Below the pieces are notes generated by a model. It was given only the letters and a program-made list of their open reading frames with translations, had not been told where the DNA came from and did no database searches. Made by a program: the position numbers and the translations under genes. This document shows positions 25,736 through 36,354 of a stretch of 41,153 nt of DNA, one piece after another (position 1 is the stretch's first letter; each line of letters opens with the position of its first letter). This DNA comes from Candidatus Peregrinibacteria bacterium CG_4_10_14_0_2_um_filter_43_11 (lineage in GTDB: Bacteria; Patescibacteriota; Gracilibacteria; UM-FILTER-43-11): assembly GCA_002792495.1 (NCBI GenBank), contig PFOK01000137.1:1-41153 (forward strand), written 5' to 3'.

Positions 25736-26488
25736 TTAGACAAGAATTTCGGAACCGTTTTTGGTGACTAGAATGGTATGCTCAAAATGAGCGGAGGGGG
25801 TTCCGTCAGCGGAAACGACTGTCCATCCATCTTCAAGGGTTTCCACGTCACCATTTCCCATGGTGGAGATAGGCTCAACAGCAAGTACCATTCCCGCCTG
25901 AAGCATAGGACCCGTCCCCTTACGCCCCGCGTTAAGAATTTCCGGCGGTTCGTGTAAATCACGACCTACTCCATGGCCGGTGCATTCAACAACAGGGCTA
26001 TAACCCTGATCTTCGATGGTTTTTTGAATAACGGCGGAAATATCTCCCACATGAGCACCATGACGAATGACCTTAACTGCATTATCGAGAGCTTTTTTGG
26101 TAATTTTGACAAAATGTCTAACTTCAGGAAGTGGATCACCCACCAAAAAAGTTCGACAAGCATCCGTATGAAACCCGTCGTAATAAACCCCGCAATCCAC
26201 ACCCACAATATCTCCATCTGCCAAAATACAATTCGCGGAAGGGATCCCATGAACCACTTCTTCGTTCACAGAAGCGCAAATCGAAGCCGGAAAGCCATTG
26301 TACCCTTTAAACCCGGGAATAGCCCCTTTGCTCACAATAAGGGATTCGACCAACTGATCAAGCTCTAAGGTGCTCACCCCCGGATGAATGGCGGCTTCAA
26401 CAGCCTGAAGTGCCTGCTGAAGAATGAGTGCCGCATGACGCATTTTCCGCAAATCGGCTTCTGTTTTAATGGGAATGATAGAATGCAT
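25736..26488 (-). CDS. map: Type I methionine aminopeptidase
   Basis: DIVGVDCGVYYDGFHTDACRTF, GHGVGRDLHEPP, LAVEP, EHTILVT. Start taken at ATG 26488 (MHSIIPIKTEADLRKMR); the track start 26512 is also possible. Confidence 0.92.
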   Translation of the reverse strand: MHSIIPIKTEADLRKMRHAALILQQALQAVEAAIHPGVSTLELDQLVESLIVSKGAIPGFKGYNGFPASICASVNEEVVHGIPSANCILADGDIVGVDCGVYYDGFHTDACRTFLVGDPLPEVRHFVKITKKALDNAVKVIRHGAHVGDISAVIQKTIEDQGYSPVVECTGHGVGRDLHEPPEILNAGRKGTGPMLQAGMVLAVEPISTMGNGDVETLEDGWTVVSADGTPSAHFEHTILVTKNGSEILV

Positions 26489-26514
26489 GATTGTGGTTTC
26501 AAAAAAATTCAAAA

Positions 26515-27156
26515 CTAAGTGAAAAGATAGGCCGCTTTTTCAATCATCTCCTCGGTAACATCGGGAATAATCTGTTCTCCATCCACTTTGATCAAACGGT
26601 CGATATCATAAAAATGCTGAATAACGGGTTTGGTTTCATTTTCATAATGAGACAATCGTTGTTTAACGCTTTCAAGATCACTATCGTCCTGACGGATGAC
26701 AAGCGGAGTCTGATCATCGGCACAAACATCCTGCTTGTAAAAACCGGGGTAAATCGCCTTACAAGTAGGACAAATGCGTCGCTCTGTTAAACGTTTAATG
26801 GCGGTTTCCTGAGAAAGTTCAATGAGAAGCGCGAAAACATCCCGTTGATATTTTTTGAGCAACGCCTCTAGCTTTTCCGATTGGGTCTGAGTACGTGGAA
26901 TGCCATCAAAAAGAACGGATTGATCCGGACTAATCCCCCGCAAAAAACTTTCCGCAATCTCAACAACCGTATCGTCATCCACCAAATGTCCCCCTTCCAC
27001 AATTGTTTTTATTTTATTGCCCAATTCAGTACCGGATTCGATTATAGAACGCAACTGGGATCCCATGTCAAAAACATGGAGATGATACCGTTCAGCCAAT
27101 AGCTTACCCTGAGTGCCTTTTCCTGAACCTTGGATCCCGAATAAAATAATATCCAT
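26515..27156 (-). CDS. adk: Adenylate kinase
   Basis: P-loop GIQGSGKGTQ, LID with CPTCKAIY...VCADD. Confidence 0.93.
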   Translation of the reverse strand: MDIILFGIQGSGKGTQGKLLAERYHLHVFDMGSQLRSIIESGTELGNKIKTIVEGGHLVDDDTVVEIAESFLRGISPDQSVLFDGIPRTQTQSEKLEALLKKYQRDVFALLIELSQETAIKRLTERRICPTCKAIYPGFYKQDVCADDQTPLVIRQDDSDLESVKQRLSHYENETKPVIQHFYDIDRLIKVDGEQIIPDVTEEMIEKAAYLFT

Positions 27157-27211
27157 AGTCTAAGAGTTGACAATTGACAATGAAGCACTGACCGGAAAGT
27201 CAAAATGTATT

Positions 27212-28513
27212 TTAATAAAGTTTATCGTAATCGTGCATAACAAGCTGAGAATCAATCTGACGAATCAACTGGAGGACAACACCAACAACGATGATGAGTC
27301 CGCTGCCACTGATGATGAGATCCCCTTGAGTGAGAGGCGTGTATTTCGCGAATAAAACAGGAATAATCGCCACAATGCCAAGAAATATACCTCCGAATAG
27401 ATTCATATGAGCGGAAACCTTGGCAAGAAATTCCGATGTTTGACGCCCCGGTCGAACACCCGGAACAAACCCTCCTCGCTTTTGAATATTCTCGGCAATT
27501 TGATCAGGATTAAAAGTAACACTAACGTAAAAATAAGAAAAAGCGATGATCAGCAAAAAGTAAGTGACCAAATAGATATATCCGGGGTTGTTGGCATTAA
27601 AATGACGCAATAGAAAGTCGGCAACAGCCTGAAGCTTTCCGGAGGAAGAAGCCTGAAAAAATTGTGCCACAATGGAAGGAAAGGTAACCAAAGAGATCGC
27701 GAAGATGATCGGGATCATTCCCGCCTGATTCACCAGAATGGGAATCCCTGACCTTTCTCCTTTTCCTCCGCCAACAGCCCGTGTGGCATAAGTGATAGGA
27801 ATATTGCGATGCCCTTCTGTTATAAGAACAACAAACACCAATAGGGCAAGTGTTAGAATGATGAAACCTACAAAATAACCCAACTGAGTGCTGTCCCCGG
27901 CCTGAGCTGTCCCCAACATACGCCCTAAAACAGTGGGCATGCCAGAAATAATGCTGGCAAAAATGATCAATGAAATACCATTACCAACCCCTTTTTCCGT
28001 AATCAATTCTCCTATCCACATCAATAAAAGTGTACCCGTGGTTATGATCAACATAATGGGTAAGATCACCATGGGGTCAGCAATATTGGGGATCAATTGA
28101 CCATTCACACCGCGATTCAAAAGAACAATCATGCCATACGACTGCAAAAAAGCCAAAGGAATGGTCAGAATACGCGTGTATTGATTGATCTTTTTACGCC
28201 CCTCCATCCCTTCTTTGGAAAGGGCTTCTAATTTGGGCACAACAACCGTCATCAGCTGAATGATGATGGAAGCATTGATGTAAGGGGAAAGCCCCATAAG
28301 AACGATAGAAAAACTTTCCATACTACCTCCTGTCAACGCCGAGAAAACACCTAGCAAACTGTTTTGCTCAAACAAACGACCCAACATACTTGGATCCACA
28401 CCCGGAACCGTAATATGAGCCGCCAAACGGAAGACAAAGAAAAGGAAAAGTGTGAACAGAATTTTTTTTCTAAGACTACGTGCCTGCCAGATCTGGTGAA
28501 AGTATTTGAACAT
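27212..28513 (-). CDS. secY: Preprotein translocase subunit SecY
   Basis: 433-aa polytopic protein with SIVLMGLSPYINASIIIQLM and GNGISLIIFASI; conserved position between rplO and adk. Confidence 0.95.
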   Translation of the reverse strand: MFKYFHQIWQARSLRKKILFTLFLFFVFRLAAHITVPGVDPSMLGRLFEQNSLLGVFSALTGGSMESFSIVLMGLSPYINASIIIQLMTVVVPKLEALSKEGMEGRKKINQYTRILTIPLAFLQSYGMIVLLNRGVNGQLIPNIADPMVILPIMLIITTGTLLLMWIGELITEKGVGNGISLIIFASIISGMPTVLGRMLGTAQAGDSTQLGYFVGFIILTLALLVFVVLITEGHRNIPITYATRAVGGGKGERSGIPILVNQAGMIPIIFAISLVTFPSIVAQFFQASSSGKLQAVADFLLRHFNANNPGYIYLVTYFLLIIAFSYFYVSVTFNPDQIAENIQKRGGFVPGVRPGRQTSEFLAKVSAHMNLFGGIFLGIVAIIPVLFAKYTPLTQGDLIISGSGLIIVVGVVLQLIRQIDSQLVMHDYDKLY

Positions 28514-28583
28514 AATAGAATGTGTCAGCGACTAATGTAAGAAAATCCTTGAGGCGAGTGAAAACGATACAATCCAAAATAAA

Positions 28584-29021
28584 CTATAAAATCTTCCCCC
28601 CTGCCTGAATGATCTTTGCTTTTGCCACACGAGAAAAGGCATGAGCCTTAACCGATAGTTTTTTAGTGATTTGCCCATTGCCCAAGATTTTAATAGGAAG
28701 AGCTCGCTTAGAAATGATCTTTTTTTCGAGCAAAATTTCAGGATTGACCTCGTCACCATCATTGAACTTGTTTAAAGCAGACAAATTAACAACCTGATAA
28801 GTGACTTTATTAATATTTTTAAAACCACGTAATTTAGGCAAGCGCATGATCAAAGGGGTCTGTCCTCCTTCAAAACCACGACGAACGTTGCCACTTTTAC
28901 GCTGACCCTGTCCTTTACAACCACGTCCACTAAAAGTACCATGCCCCGAAGCATTTCCGCGACCAAGACGTTTATTCTTTTTAATGGATCCTAAGGTTGG
29001 CTTTAACGAATGTAATTGCAT
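28584..29021 (-). CDS. rplO: 50S ribosomal protein L15
   Basis: [23 protein letters not shown]. Confidence 0.93.
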   Translation of the reverse strand: MQLHSLKPTLGSIKKNKRLGRGNASGHGTFSGRGCKGQGQRKSGNVRRGFEGGQTPLIMRLPKLRGFKNINKVTYQVVNLSALNKFNDGDEVNPEILLEKKIISKRALPIKILGNGQITKKLSVKAHAFSRVAKAKIIQAGGKIL

Positions 29022-29057
29022 AATGTCGTACAGAATTAGTGTCTAAATTAAAAATGA

Positions 29058-29693
29058 TTATTCCTTTTCTTCCACAGCCGCCTCCTTCTTTTCAGCTACA
29101 ACCTCCGAAGTCTCTGATTTCTTTTCAGCCGCCTCTTTCTTTTTATGCTGTTCAGAAGGGGTTTCCATGCCCAAGGGTGCCAAATGACCCGTCTTGGACG
29201 CGATCATGTGAGGTTTTAAAGGCCTTAAAGCCCTCAAGGCCTTCATGGAAGCCTGAGCAGTGACCAGTGTATTACGAGAACCAAGATCTTTAGAAAGCAC
29301 GTTTTTAACACCGGCTAAATTCAATATTTTACGCAAAGCTCCCCCTGCAATAACACCCGTTCCCGGAGAAGCGGGCATGAGAAGAAGACGAGCGGATTTA
29401 TATTTCATTTTCAGGCTATGGGGAATGGTCTCCCCGGAAGTGATGGGAACGTCAACGAGAGAACCTTTTGCCTGAGCAACCGCTTTTTTGATGGCATTGA
29501 CCACCTCAGTCGCCTTACCGATGCCAACACCCACACGCCCTTTACGATCACCAATCGCAACAGTGGCACGAAAGCGCAAACGACGACCTCCTTTGACCAC
29601 ACGTGTTACACGGTCAATTTGGAGAACCTCCTCATCAAACTCCTTCTTTTCCTCTATTTTATCCTTTGCGTTTTTTAAATATTTTTTAGCCAT
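29058..29693 (-). CDS. rpsE: 30S ribosomal protein S5 with Lys/Glu-rich terminal extensions
   Basis: IDRVTRVVKGGRRLRFRATVAIGDRKGRVGVGIGKA. Confidence 0.94.
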   Translation of the reverse strand: MAKKYLKNAKDKIEEKKEFDEEVLQIDRVTRVVKGGRRLRFRATVAIGDRKGRVGVGIGKATEVVNAIKKAVAQAKGSLVDVPITSGETIPHSLKMKYKSARLLLMPASPGTGVIAGGALRKILNLAGVKNVLSKDLGSRNTLVTAQASMKALRALRPLKPHMIASKTGHLAPLGMETPSEQHKKKEAAEKKSETSEVVAEKKEAAVEEKE

Positions 29694-29721
29694 ACCAAAA
29701 ATGAAAATTAGGAATTAGGAA

Positions 29722-30066
29722 TTAAAACACGAGTCCGCCCTCTCTTGCCCCTTCGGCAAGAGCCTTAACACGACCATGATAAAGATACCCACCTCGATCA
29801 AAAACACATTTTGTAATGTTCTGAGCAATCGCTTTTTTGGCAAGTTCAGATCCTGTCTGCTTTGCCAGTTCAAGGGATTTAGCCTTTTTAAGCTTTAAAC
29901 TGGAACTGGAAACAAGCACCCTACCGGCGACATCGTCAATCATCTGGGCATAGATATGCGTCAGGCTACGAAACACGCTCAAACGCGGGCAAACCGCACT
30001 GCCTTTAACACGAGTACGAATTCTTCTGTGTCGTCTTTCACGTTGTTGGACTTTTTTAGTAGACAT
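29722..30066 (-). CDS. rplR: 50S ribosomal protein L18
   Basis: [34 protein letters not shown] ... [21 protein letters not shown]. Confidence 0.94.
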   Translation of the reverse strand: MSTKKVQQRERRHRRIRTRVKGSAVCPRLSVFRSLTHIYAQMIDDVAGRVLVSSSSLKLKKAKSLELAKQTGSELAKKAIAQNITKCVFDRGGYLYHGRVKALAEGAREGGLVF

Positions 30067-30117
30067 AAATACTTCTTAAAATGAGTAAACTTGCGATATA
30101 AAATAATGAATTTAAAA

Positions 30118-30669
30118 TTATTCCTTGGCACCGGCAGTCTTACCGGATTTGCGAACAACGTGTTCACCAACATAACGAATGCCTTTTCCTTTATAGGGTT
30201 CCGGTGGACGGAACGAACGAATATCGGAAGCCACCTGACCCACAACCTGTTTGTCGATCCCGCAAATAACAACTGTATTTTTTTGCTCCTTATCCATCTC
30301 TATGGTAATTCCCTCCGGAACAACGTAGTCGATAGGGTGAGAAAAACCAAGACTAAGAGTAATTTTTTTCCCGGAAATCTGCGCGCGATAACCCACACCA
30401 ATAATCTCCAATCGCTTCTCAAACCCATTAAAAACCCCGATAATCATATTGTTCACAAGAGAACGGATCAGACCATGGTAACTACGTTCCTGAGCACCAT
30501 CCCCCTTGCGTTTGATGAGGACTAAATTGTCTTCGTGAATAATCTGAATAGACAAAGGCAATGACGCTTGAAGTTGCCCTTTAGGCCCCTTCACGTGAAT
30601 CATGCTGTCCGCGACAGAAACTTCAACCCCGGTGGGCACGATGATTGGCATTTTTCCTATTTTAGACAT
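30118..30669 (-). CDS. rplF: 50S ribosomal protein L6
   Basis: MSKIGKMPIIVPTGVEV ... PEPYKGKGIRY. Confidence 0.94.
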   Translation of the reverse strand: MSKIGKMPIIVPTGVEVSVADSMIHVKGPKGQLQASLPLSIQIIHEDNLVLIKRKGDGAQERSYHGLIRSLVNNMIIGVFNGFEKRLEIIGVGYRAQISGKKITLSLGFSHPIDYVVPEGITIEMDKEQKNTVVICGIDKQVVGQVASDIRSFRPPEPYKGKGIRYVGEHVVRKSGKTAGAKE

Positions 30670-30739
30670 TCTGTGAGTAAGAAATTAGAAATTAGAATTT
30701 TAGACGATTTAGAATTTTAATTGAGTGATTTATGAGAAA

Positions 30740-31123
30740 CTACCACACCTGACAAAGGTATTCCCCTCCCAAACCATCGCGTCGCGCCTGATTGGCACTC
30801 ATAACCCCCTTAGAAGTGGATAAAACAGCAATACCATAACCATTATAAACAGATTTGATCGCATCACTTTTAATGTAAATACGTTGCCCTGGTTTGCTGA
30901 CACGTTTGAGATTGAATTCTTTCAATTCACGATTGAGCAACACTTCTATCTCGTCGAAAGATCCGCTTTTAACGACCTTGAAATCCACAATGAATTTATA
31001 TTGCTTTAAAACACTCAAAATCGCGATTTTTGCTTTAGAGTAAGGCACCACTGTTTTTTCTTGATTGGCACTAAACGCATTGCGCATTCTAGTAAGCAAA
31101 TCAGCGATTGGATCGGTCACCAT
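30740..31123 (-). CDS. rpsH: 30S ribosomal protein S8
   Basis: MVTDPIADLLTRMRNA ... GGEYLCQVW. Confidence 0.94.
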   Translation of the reverse strand: MVTDPIADLLTRMRNAFSANQEKTVVPYSKAKIAILSVLKQYKFIVDFKVVKSGSFDEIEVLLNRELKEFNLKRVSKPGQRIYIKSDAIKSVYNGYGIAVLSTSKGVMSANQARRDGLGGEYLCQVW

Positions 31124-31167
31124 AACAATTGAAATTTAGAATTAAAATTAAGAAAGCTTTCTGAGAA

Positions 31168-31437
31168 TTACCAACTTGATTTTTTAATACCCATAACCTC
31201 ACCTCGAGATGCCAATTCACGGAAAATAATTCTTGAGACACCGAAGTAACGGAGGAAGCCACGCGGTCTACCTGTGACCTTGCAACGATTTTTTAAACGG
31301 GTGGGACTGGAATTAGGAGACATTTTATCCAAGGTGGCATAATCCCCTTTTTCTTTAAGTTCTTTTCGTTTTTGCGCATATTTCAGAATCATCTTCTTTC
31401 TATTTTCATCCTTGATAATGAGTGCTTTTCGGGCCAT
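31168..31437 (-). CDS. rpsN: 30S ribosomal protein S14 (89 aa, no CxxC zinc motif)
   Basis: NRCKVTGRPRGFLRYFGVSRIIFRELASRGEVMGIKKSSW. Confidence 0.93.
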   Translation of the reverse strand: MARKALIIKDENRKKMILKYAQKRKELKEKGDYATLDKMSPNSSPTRLKNRCKVTGRPRGFLRYFGVSRIIFRELASRGEVMGIKKSSW

Positions 31438-31453
31438 GTTTGTAATTTAAAAA

Positions 31454-31996
31454 TTAAAGTTCTTTTTTAAAAGGAAAGCCCATTGCCCTAAAAAGAGCAA
31501 TGCCCTGTTCGTTATTATGAGCGGTAGTGGCAACCGTTACCTGAAGACCATGCACATGAGAAACATCATCAGGATTGACCTCCGGAAAAACAATAGCCTC
31601 CTTAAAACCGACAGAATAATTCCCCTTGCCGTCAAATGATTTTATACTCAAGCCACGGAAATCACGTATGCGAGGGAAAACAATATTGACCAAACGGTCC
31701 AAAAAATCATACATCTTCTCACCACGAAGGGTTACCGTAACCCCTACAGGCATACCGGCACGGAGCTTAAAGTTAGAAATGGCCAATCTGGATTTGGTGA
31801 CAACGGGCTTTTGACCGGTAATCAACGCGACATTGTTGGTAACATCCGAAAAATCTTTAGTATTTTTAGTCAAAGAACCGATACCGACATTCACCTTAAC
31901 AAAAAGGAGACGGGGAACGGCCATAATATTTTTTAGCCCCAATTCTTTCATCAGTGCGGGAGAAATCTCTGATTTCATTCGTGCTTTTAGAGACAT
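31454..31996 (-). CDS. rplE: 50S ribosomal protein L5
   Basis: PRLLFVKVNVGIG ... FPRIRDFRGLS..SFDGKGNYSVGFKE. Confidence 0.94.
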   Translation of the reverse strand: MSLKARMKSEISPALMKELGLKNIMAVPRLLFVKVNVGIGSLTKNTKDFSDVTNNVALITGQKPVVTKSRLAISNFKLRAGMPVGVTVTLRGEKMYDFLDRLVNIVFPRIRDFRGLSIKSFDGKGNYSVGFKEAIVFPEVNPDDVSHVHGLQVTVATTAHNNEQGIALFRAMGFPFKKEL

Positions 31997-32017
31997 GGAT
32001 TAAAAAAATTAAAAAAA

Positions 32018-32359
32018 TTAAGATTTCTTTTTATCAACCTTAGAAACAGTCTGTTCGACCGATTCATTACACTTTTTGCAAACGCGATATTTTTTACCCT
32101 CTTTAGGGAGTGCGTACCCCACTCGAACGGCCTTATTGCAACCGGGGCAAAGTAATTTCACATTTGAAACATTCAACGGAGCTTCGTATTTTACTCGTTC
32201 ACCGGGACGATTGGCCGTTTTACGAATGTGACGGGTTCGAATATTTATTTTTTCAACCGTGACACGATCCGTTTTTTTGAACACGCGCATTACTGTGCCG
32301 GTTTTACCCTTGTATTTACCTGCTATGACTAAGATTTTGTCGCCAGCCTTGATTTTCAT
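32018..32359 (-). CDS. rplX: 50S ribosomal protein L24 (with CxxC...CxxC)
   Basis: KOW motif KIKAGDKILVIAGKYKGKTGTV; CPGCNKAVRVGYALPKEGKKYRVCKKCN. Confidence 0.93.
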   Translation of the reverse strand: MKIKAGDKILVIAGKYKGKTGTVMRVFKKTDRVTVEKINIRTRHIRKTANRPGERVKYEAPLNVSNVKLLCPGCNKAVRVGYALPKEGKKYRVCKKCNESVEQTVSKVDKKKS

Positions 32360-32407
32360 AATTTTTAAATTAAGGAATTACGTCCTTAGAGGGAAAGTTA
32401 ATAAGTA

Positions 32408-32776
32408 TTAAAGCACTTCAGGCGCCAGAGAAATAATTTTCTGATACCCTTTAGTGCGAAGCTCTCTGGCGACGGGGCCAAAAACACGAGTCCCCTTGGG
32501 CTGACCATCATTACCGATGATCACAACGGCATTTTCATCAAAACGGATGTAGGAACCATCAGGACGACGAATGGCTTTTTTAAGGCGAACAATAACAGCA
32601 CGTTGAATGGTGTGGTTTTTGACAACACCCTTCACGGAAGCGCTTTTAACAGCAACGACAATGACATCTCCGATACCACCATAGCGACGCTTTGATCCTC
32701 CTAGGACCTTAATGCACATCACTTTCTTTGCACCCGTGTTGTCCGCTACATTGAGCAGAGTTAAATGTTGAATCAT
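32408..32776 (-). CDS. rplN: 50S ribosomal protein L14
   Basis: [32 protein letters not shown]. Confidence 0.95.
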   Translation of the reverse strand: MIQHLTLLNVADNTGAKKVMCIKVLGGSKRRYGGIGDVIVVAVKSASVKGVVKNHTIQRAVIVRLKKAIRRPDGSYIRFDENAVVIIGNDGQPKGTRVFGPVARELRTKGYQKIISLAPEVL

Positions 32777-32801
32777 TTCCTGATATTTAATGCATTAAAG
32801 A

Positions 32802-33029
32802 TTAATTGGCAACGACTTTCCATCGTTTTAATTTACTGGTAGGTTTTGTCTCTTCAATAGTAACGGTATCTCCGATATTGAATTTTGAACTATCATCACA
32901 GTCGACGTAAAATTTCTTAGAAACACGATAACGCTTCTTGTATTTGGGATGAAGCTTGTACGTATGAACGGCAACAACCAACGTTTTCTGCATCTTATTA
33001 CTGGTGATAAGACCGGTCTTAGTGCGCAT
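32802..33029 (-). CDS. rpsQ: 30S ribosomal protein S17
   Basis: GLITSNKMQKTLVVAVHTYKLHPKYKKRYRVSKKFYVDC; operon position. Confidence 0.92.
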   Translation of the reverse strand: MRTKTGLITSNKMQKTLVVAVHTYKLHPKYKKRYRVSKKFYVDCDDSSKFNIGDTVTIEETKPTSKLKRWKVVAN

Positions 33030-33063
33030 GAGAATTAAAATTAGGTTCTAAACGGATTAAAAA

Positions 33064-33288
33064 TTAACGAATTTCGCCGGCGTTTTTAATCATCTCCTCT
33101 ATTTCCATCTCTTTGGTGAGAGTCTTAAGACGGGCAACATAACGCTTGTGTTTTTTAGCCAAGCTAACATCACTTTGATGTTTCGTGCGAAGGCCAATGC
33201 GAATTTTTATCCCTTCCTGCTGAGCTGCTGCTGATTCATGCAGCAGTTCTTTATGAGTCAATGATCGGATTTCTTGAGTAGATAACAT
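33064..33288 (-). CDS. rpmC: 50S ribosomal protein L29
   Basis: Small helical protein IRSLTHKELLHE...; lies between rplP and rpsQ. Confidence 0.88.
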   Translation of the reverse strand: MLSTQEIRSLTHKELLHESAAAQQEGIKIRIGLRTKHQSDVSLAKKHKRYVARLKTLTKEMEIEEMIKNAGEIR

Positions 33289-33302
33289 AATGAATAAGAA
33301 AA

Positions 33303-33719
33303 TTAATGAGAACGCATGACAAACTTGGTTTTGATAGGAAGCTTGCTGGTTGCCAAACGGAGTGCCTCTCTGGCAAGATCTTCTGTGACACCATCCATTT
33401 CGAAGAGAATACGACCGGGCTTCACACGGAAAACATAAAATTCAACAGACCCCTTTCCGGATCCCATCGGAACCTCGGAAGCTTTACGAGTGATAGGCGT
33501 GTGAGGAAATATGCGAATCCATATTTTCCCGCCACGTTTCACGTAACGCGTCATGGCACGACGAGCCGCTTCAATTTGACGAGATGTCAACTCACCAACG
33601 GCCTGAGCCTTTAGACCATAAGATCCGAAATTGATGCGATCTCCCACATGAGATTTACCGCCCCAGTTTCCACGGATGCGATGAGTCTTCCTAAATTTTT
33701 GCTTTTTTGGCTGTAGCAT
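33303..33719 (-). CDS. rplP: 50S ribosomal protein L16
   Basis: [17 protein letters not shown] ... [25 protein letters not shown]. Confidence 0.95.
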   Translation of the reverse strand: MLQPKKQKFRKTHRIRGNWGGKSHVGDRINFGSYGLKAQAVGELTSRQIEAARRAMTRYVKRGGKIWIRIFPHTPITRKASEVPMGSGKGSVEFYVFRVKPGRILFEMDGVTEDLAREALRLATSKLPIKTKFVMRSH

Positions 33720-33754
33720 AATAATGACTTAAACACCTAAACAAATTAAATAAA

Positions 33755-34420
33755 TTATTTTTCTTGAGGCAAAGAAGTGATAGCGAGCTTATTTTTAAAC
33801 ACGAGCCCCTTATAAACCCAAACCTTAACCCCGATAATACCGTAAGTCGTGCCGGCCCTTAACGCGGCGTAATCGATATCCGCACGCAAGGTATGAAGAG
33901 GAATATTGCCTTCTTTGAAATATTCACGACGAGCGATTTCCACTCCATTGAGACGACCGGCAATTTGAATTTTAATTCCTTTTGCGCCTGCCTCCATTGC
34001 CTTCTGCACAGCCATTTTAACGGCACGTCGGTAAGCGACACGACGTTCGATTTGACTGGTGACCAATTCACCGATCAATCGGGCACTCAAATCCGGATTC
34101 TGAACCTCCAGAACATTGACATCAAAGTTCTGATCAAATTTACGATTCAAAACATCTCTCAAGTCTTGGACTCCAACCCCCTGACGACCGATGATCAAAC
34201 CTGGTTTTCCGGAATAAATATTGAGAATGACTTTATTGTGAGAACGCTCAATTTCAATTTTGACGACAGAAGAAGTCTTTAATTTTTGATTCAAAAATTC
34301 TCTGATCTTAATGTCATCATGAAACAATTTCATGTATTTCTTACCTGACGCAAACCACTTGGAATTCCAGGTATCTATAATGCCGATGCGTAGTATTCTT
34401 GGATGAACTTTTTGTCCCAT
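33755..34420 (-). CDS. rpsC: 30S ribosomal protein S3
   Basis: MGQKVHPRILRIGI...; KH domain; GIKIQIAGRLNGVEIAR. Confidence 0.95.
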   Translation of the reverse strand: MGQKVHPRILRIGIIDTWNSKWFASGKKYMKLFHDDIKIREFLNQKLKTSSVVKIEIERSHNKVILNIYSGKPGLIIGRQGVGVQDLRDVLNRKFDQNFDVNVLEVQNPDLSARLIGELVTSQIERRVAYRRAVKMAVQKAMEAGAKGIKIQIAGRLNGVEIARREYFKEGNIPLHTLRADIDYAALRAGTTYGIIGVKVWVYKGLVFKNKLAITSLPQEK

Positions 34421-34496
34421 AATATAGTGAGTGAGAAATCCTATCCAGAGGAAGAAAGGACGAGGATTTCTTATGAATTAACAAATAAAATAAAAC

Positions 34497-35021
34497 TTAT
34501 TTTGCTGATTTAGTGGAGGCTTTTTTAACGGGAGCTTTAACAGATTTTTTAACGGCAGTTGATTTAGATGCCTTCTTGGTGGCTGTCGTATCAGAAGTTG
34601 ACGTTTCAGAATCCGGGGATTGTGGAGCCATCTCTTCCGAAACCTTTCCTTTCTTTTTAGAGGTGTTGGAAACCGGTTTCTGAGGAACATTGCCATCTGT
34701 AGTGCCAACCTCTACCGTAATATGACAAGTGCGTTTGAGAATGGGGTGTGTACGCCCCCTGGAGATAGGAACACCGCGTTTTAGAGTAGGCCCTTTAGTG
34801 ACCAATATTCTGGTGATAAAAAGACTATCAATAGATTGTTTAAAATTATTCACAGCGTTCGCGGCAGCCGACTGAACAACTTTATAAAGGACATCGGCGC
34901 CTTTTTTTGGCATAAATTTCAAAATATCCAAGGCGTCTTTTACTTTTTTTCCACGAACCATTCCGGCTACCAAATTAGCCTTTTTAGGAGAGATCCGACT
35001 GCGTCTTAGGATAGCTTTCAC
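34497..35021 (-). CDS. rplV: 50S ribosomal protein L22 with ~60-aa Lys/Ser/Thr/Ala-rich C-terminal tail (GTG start)
   Basis: KAILRRSRISPKKANLVAGMVRGKKVKDALDILKF ... HITVEV. Confidence 0.93.
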   Translation of the reverse strand: MKAILRRSRISPKKANLVAGMVRGKKVKDALDILKFMPKKGADVLYKVVQSAAANAVNNFKQSIDSLFITRILVTKGPTLKRGVPISRGRTHPILKRTCHITVEVGTTDGNVPQKPVSNTSKKKGKVSEEMAPQSPDSETSTSDTTATKKASKSTAVKKSVKAPVKKASTKSAK

Positions 35022-35077
35022 GTGATTGAGCTTAAAATGATAAAATGGATAAATAGGTACAAGCGGAGGGAAATTGG

Positions 35078-35359
35078 TTACTTAGACTGTTCTTTGGCTA
35101 TTTTTCCGCCATGTGATTTAAACTTGCGAGTGGGGGAGAATTCACCCAGTTTATGGCCAACCATATTTTCGGTAACAAAAACGGAAATATGAGTTTTGCC
35201 ATTATGGACACCGAAGGTATGGCCAACAAATTCAGGAGAAACGGTGGAACGACGAGACCAGGTGCGGATCACTTTCTTTTGTCCGGATGCTTCCATCTGT
35301 TGAACCTTCTTGATCAAATCAGCGTTGATGTAAATGCCTTTTTTTAAACTTCGACTCAT
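35078..35359 (-). CDS. rpsS: 30S ribosomal protein S19
   Basis: [11 protein letters not shown] ... [23 protein letters not shown]. Confidence 0.95.
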   Translation of the reverse strand: MSRSLKKGIYINADLIKKVQQMEASGQKKVIRTWSRRSTVSPEFVGHTFGVHNGKTHISVFVTENMVGHKLGEFSPTRKFKSHGGKIAKEQSK

Positions 35360-35436
35360 TGGGAGAATGGATTAAATAATTTTTAATTCTAAATTGTAGA
35401 ACTTAGAACCCAAAACTTGAATTTATAAATTAGAAA

Positions 35437-36276
35437 TTAACGTTTTTTCTTGTGTCGCCCTTTAATAATAAGGTGATCGCTATGTCTATGGCGACGGGTA
35501 GAAACACCCAGAGCAGGTTTACCCCATGGGGTTTTAGGATATTTAAGACCGATAGAATTGTGCCCCTCTCCTCCTCCGTGGGGATGATCAACAGCGTTCA
35601 TCGACTTTCCAAGCACTTGAGGACGTTTACCCATCCAGCGAACACGACCGGCTTTACCGATCTTAATATTGCTGTAATCAATATTACTCACCACACCAAT
35701 CGTGGCATAACATTCCTTCGAAACATATCGTACGGAACCGGAAGGCAATGTGACCTGTGCCATTTCTCCTTCCAACGCGGCGATTTTTCCGGAAGATCCA
35801 GCACTACGAATGGCTTGAGCTCCACGACCCGATTTTAATTCCAAATCATGAATGTTGAATCCAACCGGAATGGATTTGAGCTGCATACGATTCCCTGTCT
35901 TCACTTTTGCCTTAACGCTACAAACGATACGATCCCCCACTTTAAGGGTATGAGGAGCGATGATATAACGTTTTTCGCCATCCGCGTAAAACAATAGAGC
36001 AATGTAAGCGGTACGATTGGGATCGTATTCAATGGTTTTTACCACAGCGGGGATATCGAGCTTATCAAAACGTTTGGCATCTACAATACGATAGTTTCGT
36101 TTTGCGCCACCTCCACGGTGTCGAACGGTAATACGCCCTTGATTGTTGCGACCTGATTTCTGCTTGCGCGGAGCGATCAGACTCTTCTCTGGTTTTGTTG
36201 CCGTAATAAACTCAAAGGTATCGACACTCATTCCGCGACGACCCGGTGTTGTTGGCTTGTATTTACGTACTGGCAT
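35437..36276 (-). CDS. rplB: 50S ribosomal protein L2
   Basis: [18 protein letters not shown] ... [13 protein letters not shown]. Confidence 0.96.
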   Translation of the reverse strand: MPVRKYKPTTPGRRGMSVDTFEFITATKPEKSLIAPRKQKSGRNNQGRITVRHRGGGAKRNYRIVDAKRFDKLDIPAVVKTIEYDPNRTAYIALLFYADGEKRYIIAPHTLKVGDRIVCSVKAKVKTGNRMQLKSIPVGFNIHDLELKSGRGAQAIRSAGSSGKIAALEGEMAQVTLPSGSVRYVSKECYATIGVVSNIDYSNIKIGKAGRVRWMGKRPQVLGKSMNAVDHPHGGGEGHNSIGLKYPKTPWGKPALGVSTRRHRHSDHLIIKGRHKKKR

Positions 36277-36354
36277 AAGTTTGGTAATTGATAATGGGTG
36301 AATGGCAATTTGTCTGGATGACCTACGAGTGAAAAATCACAAATTGCGGTAAAA

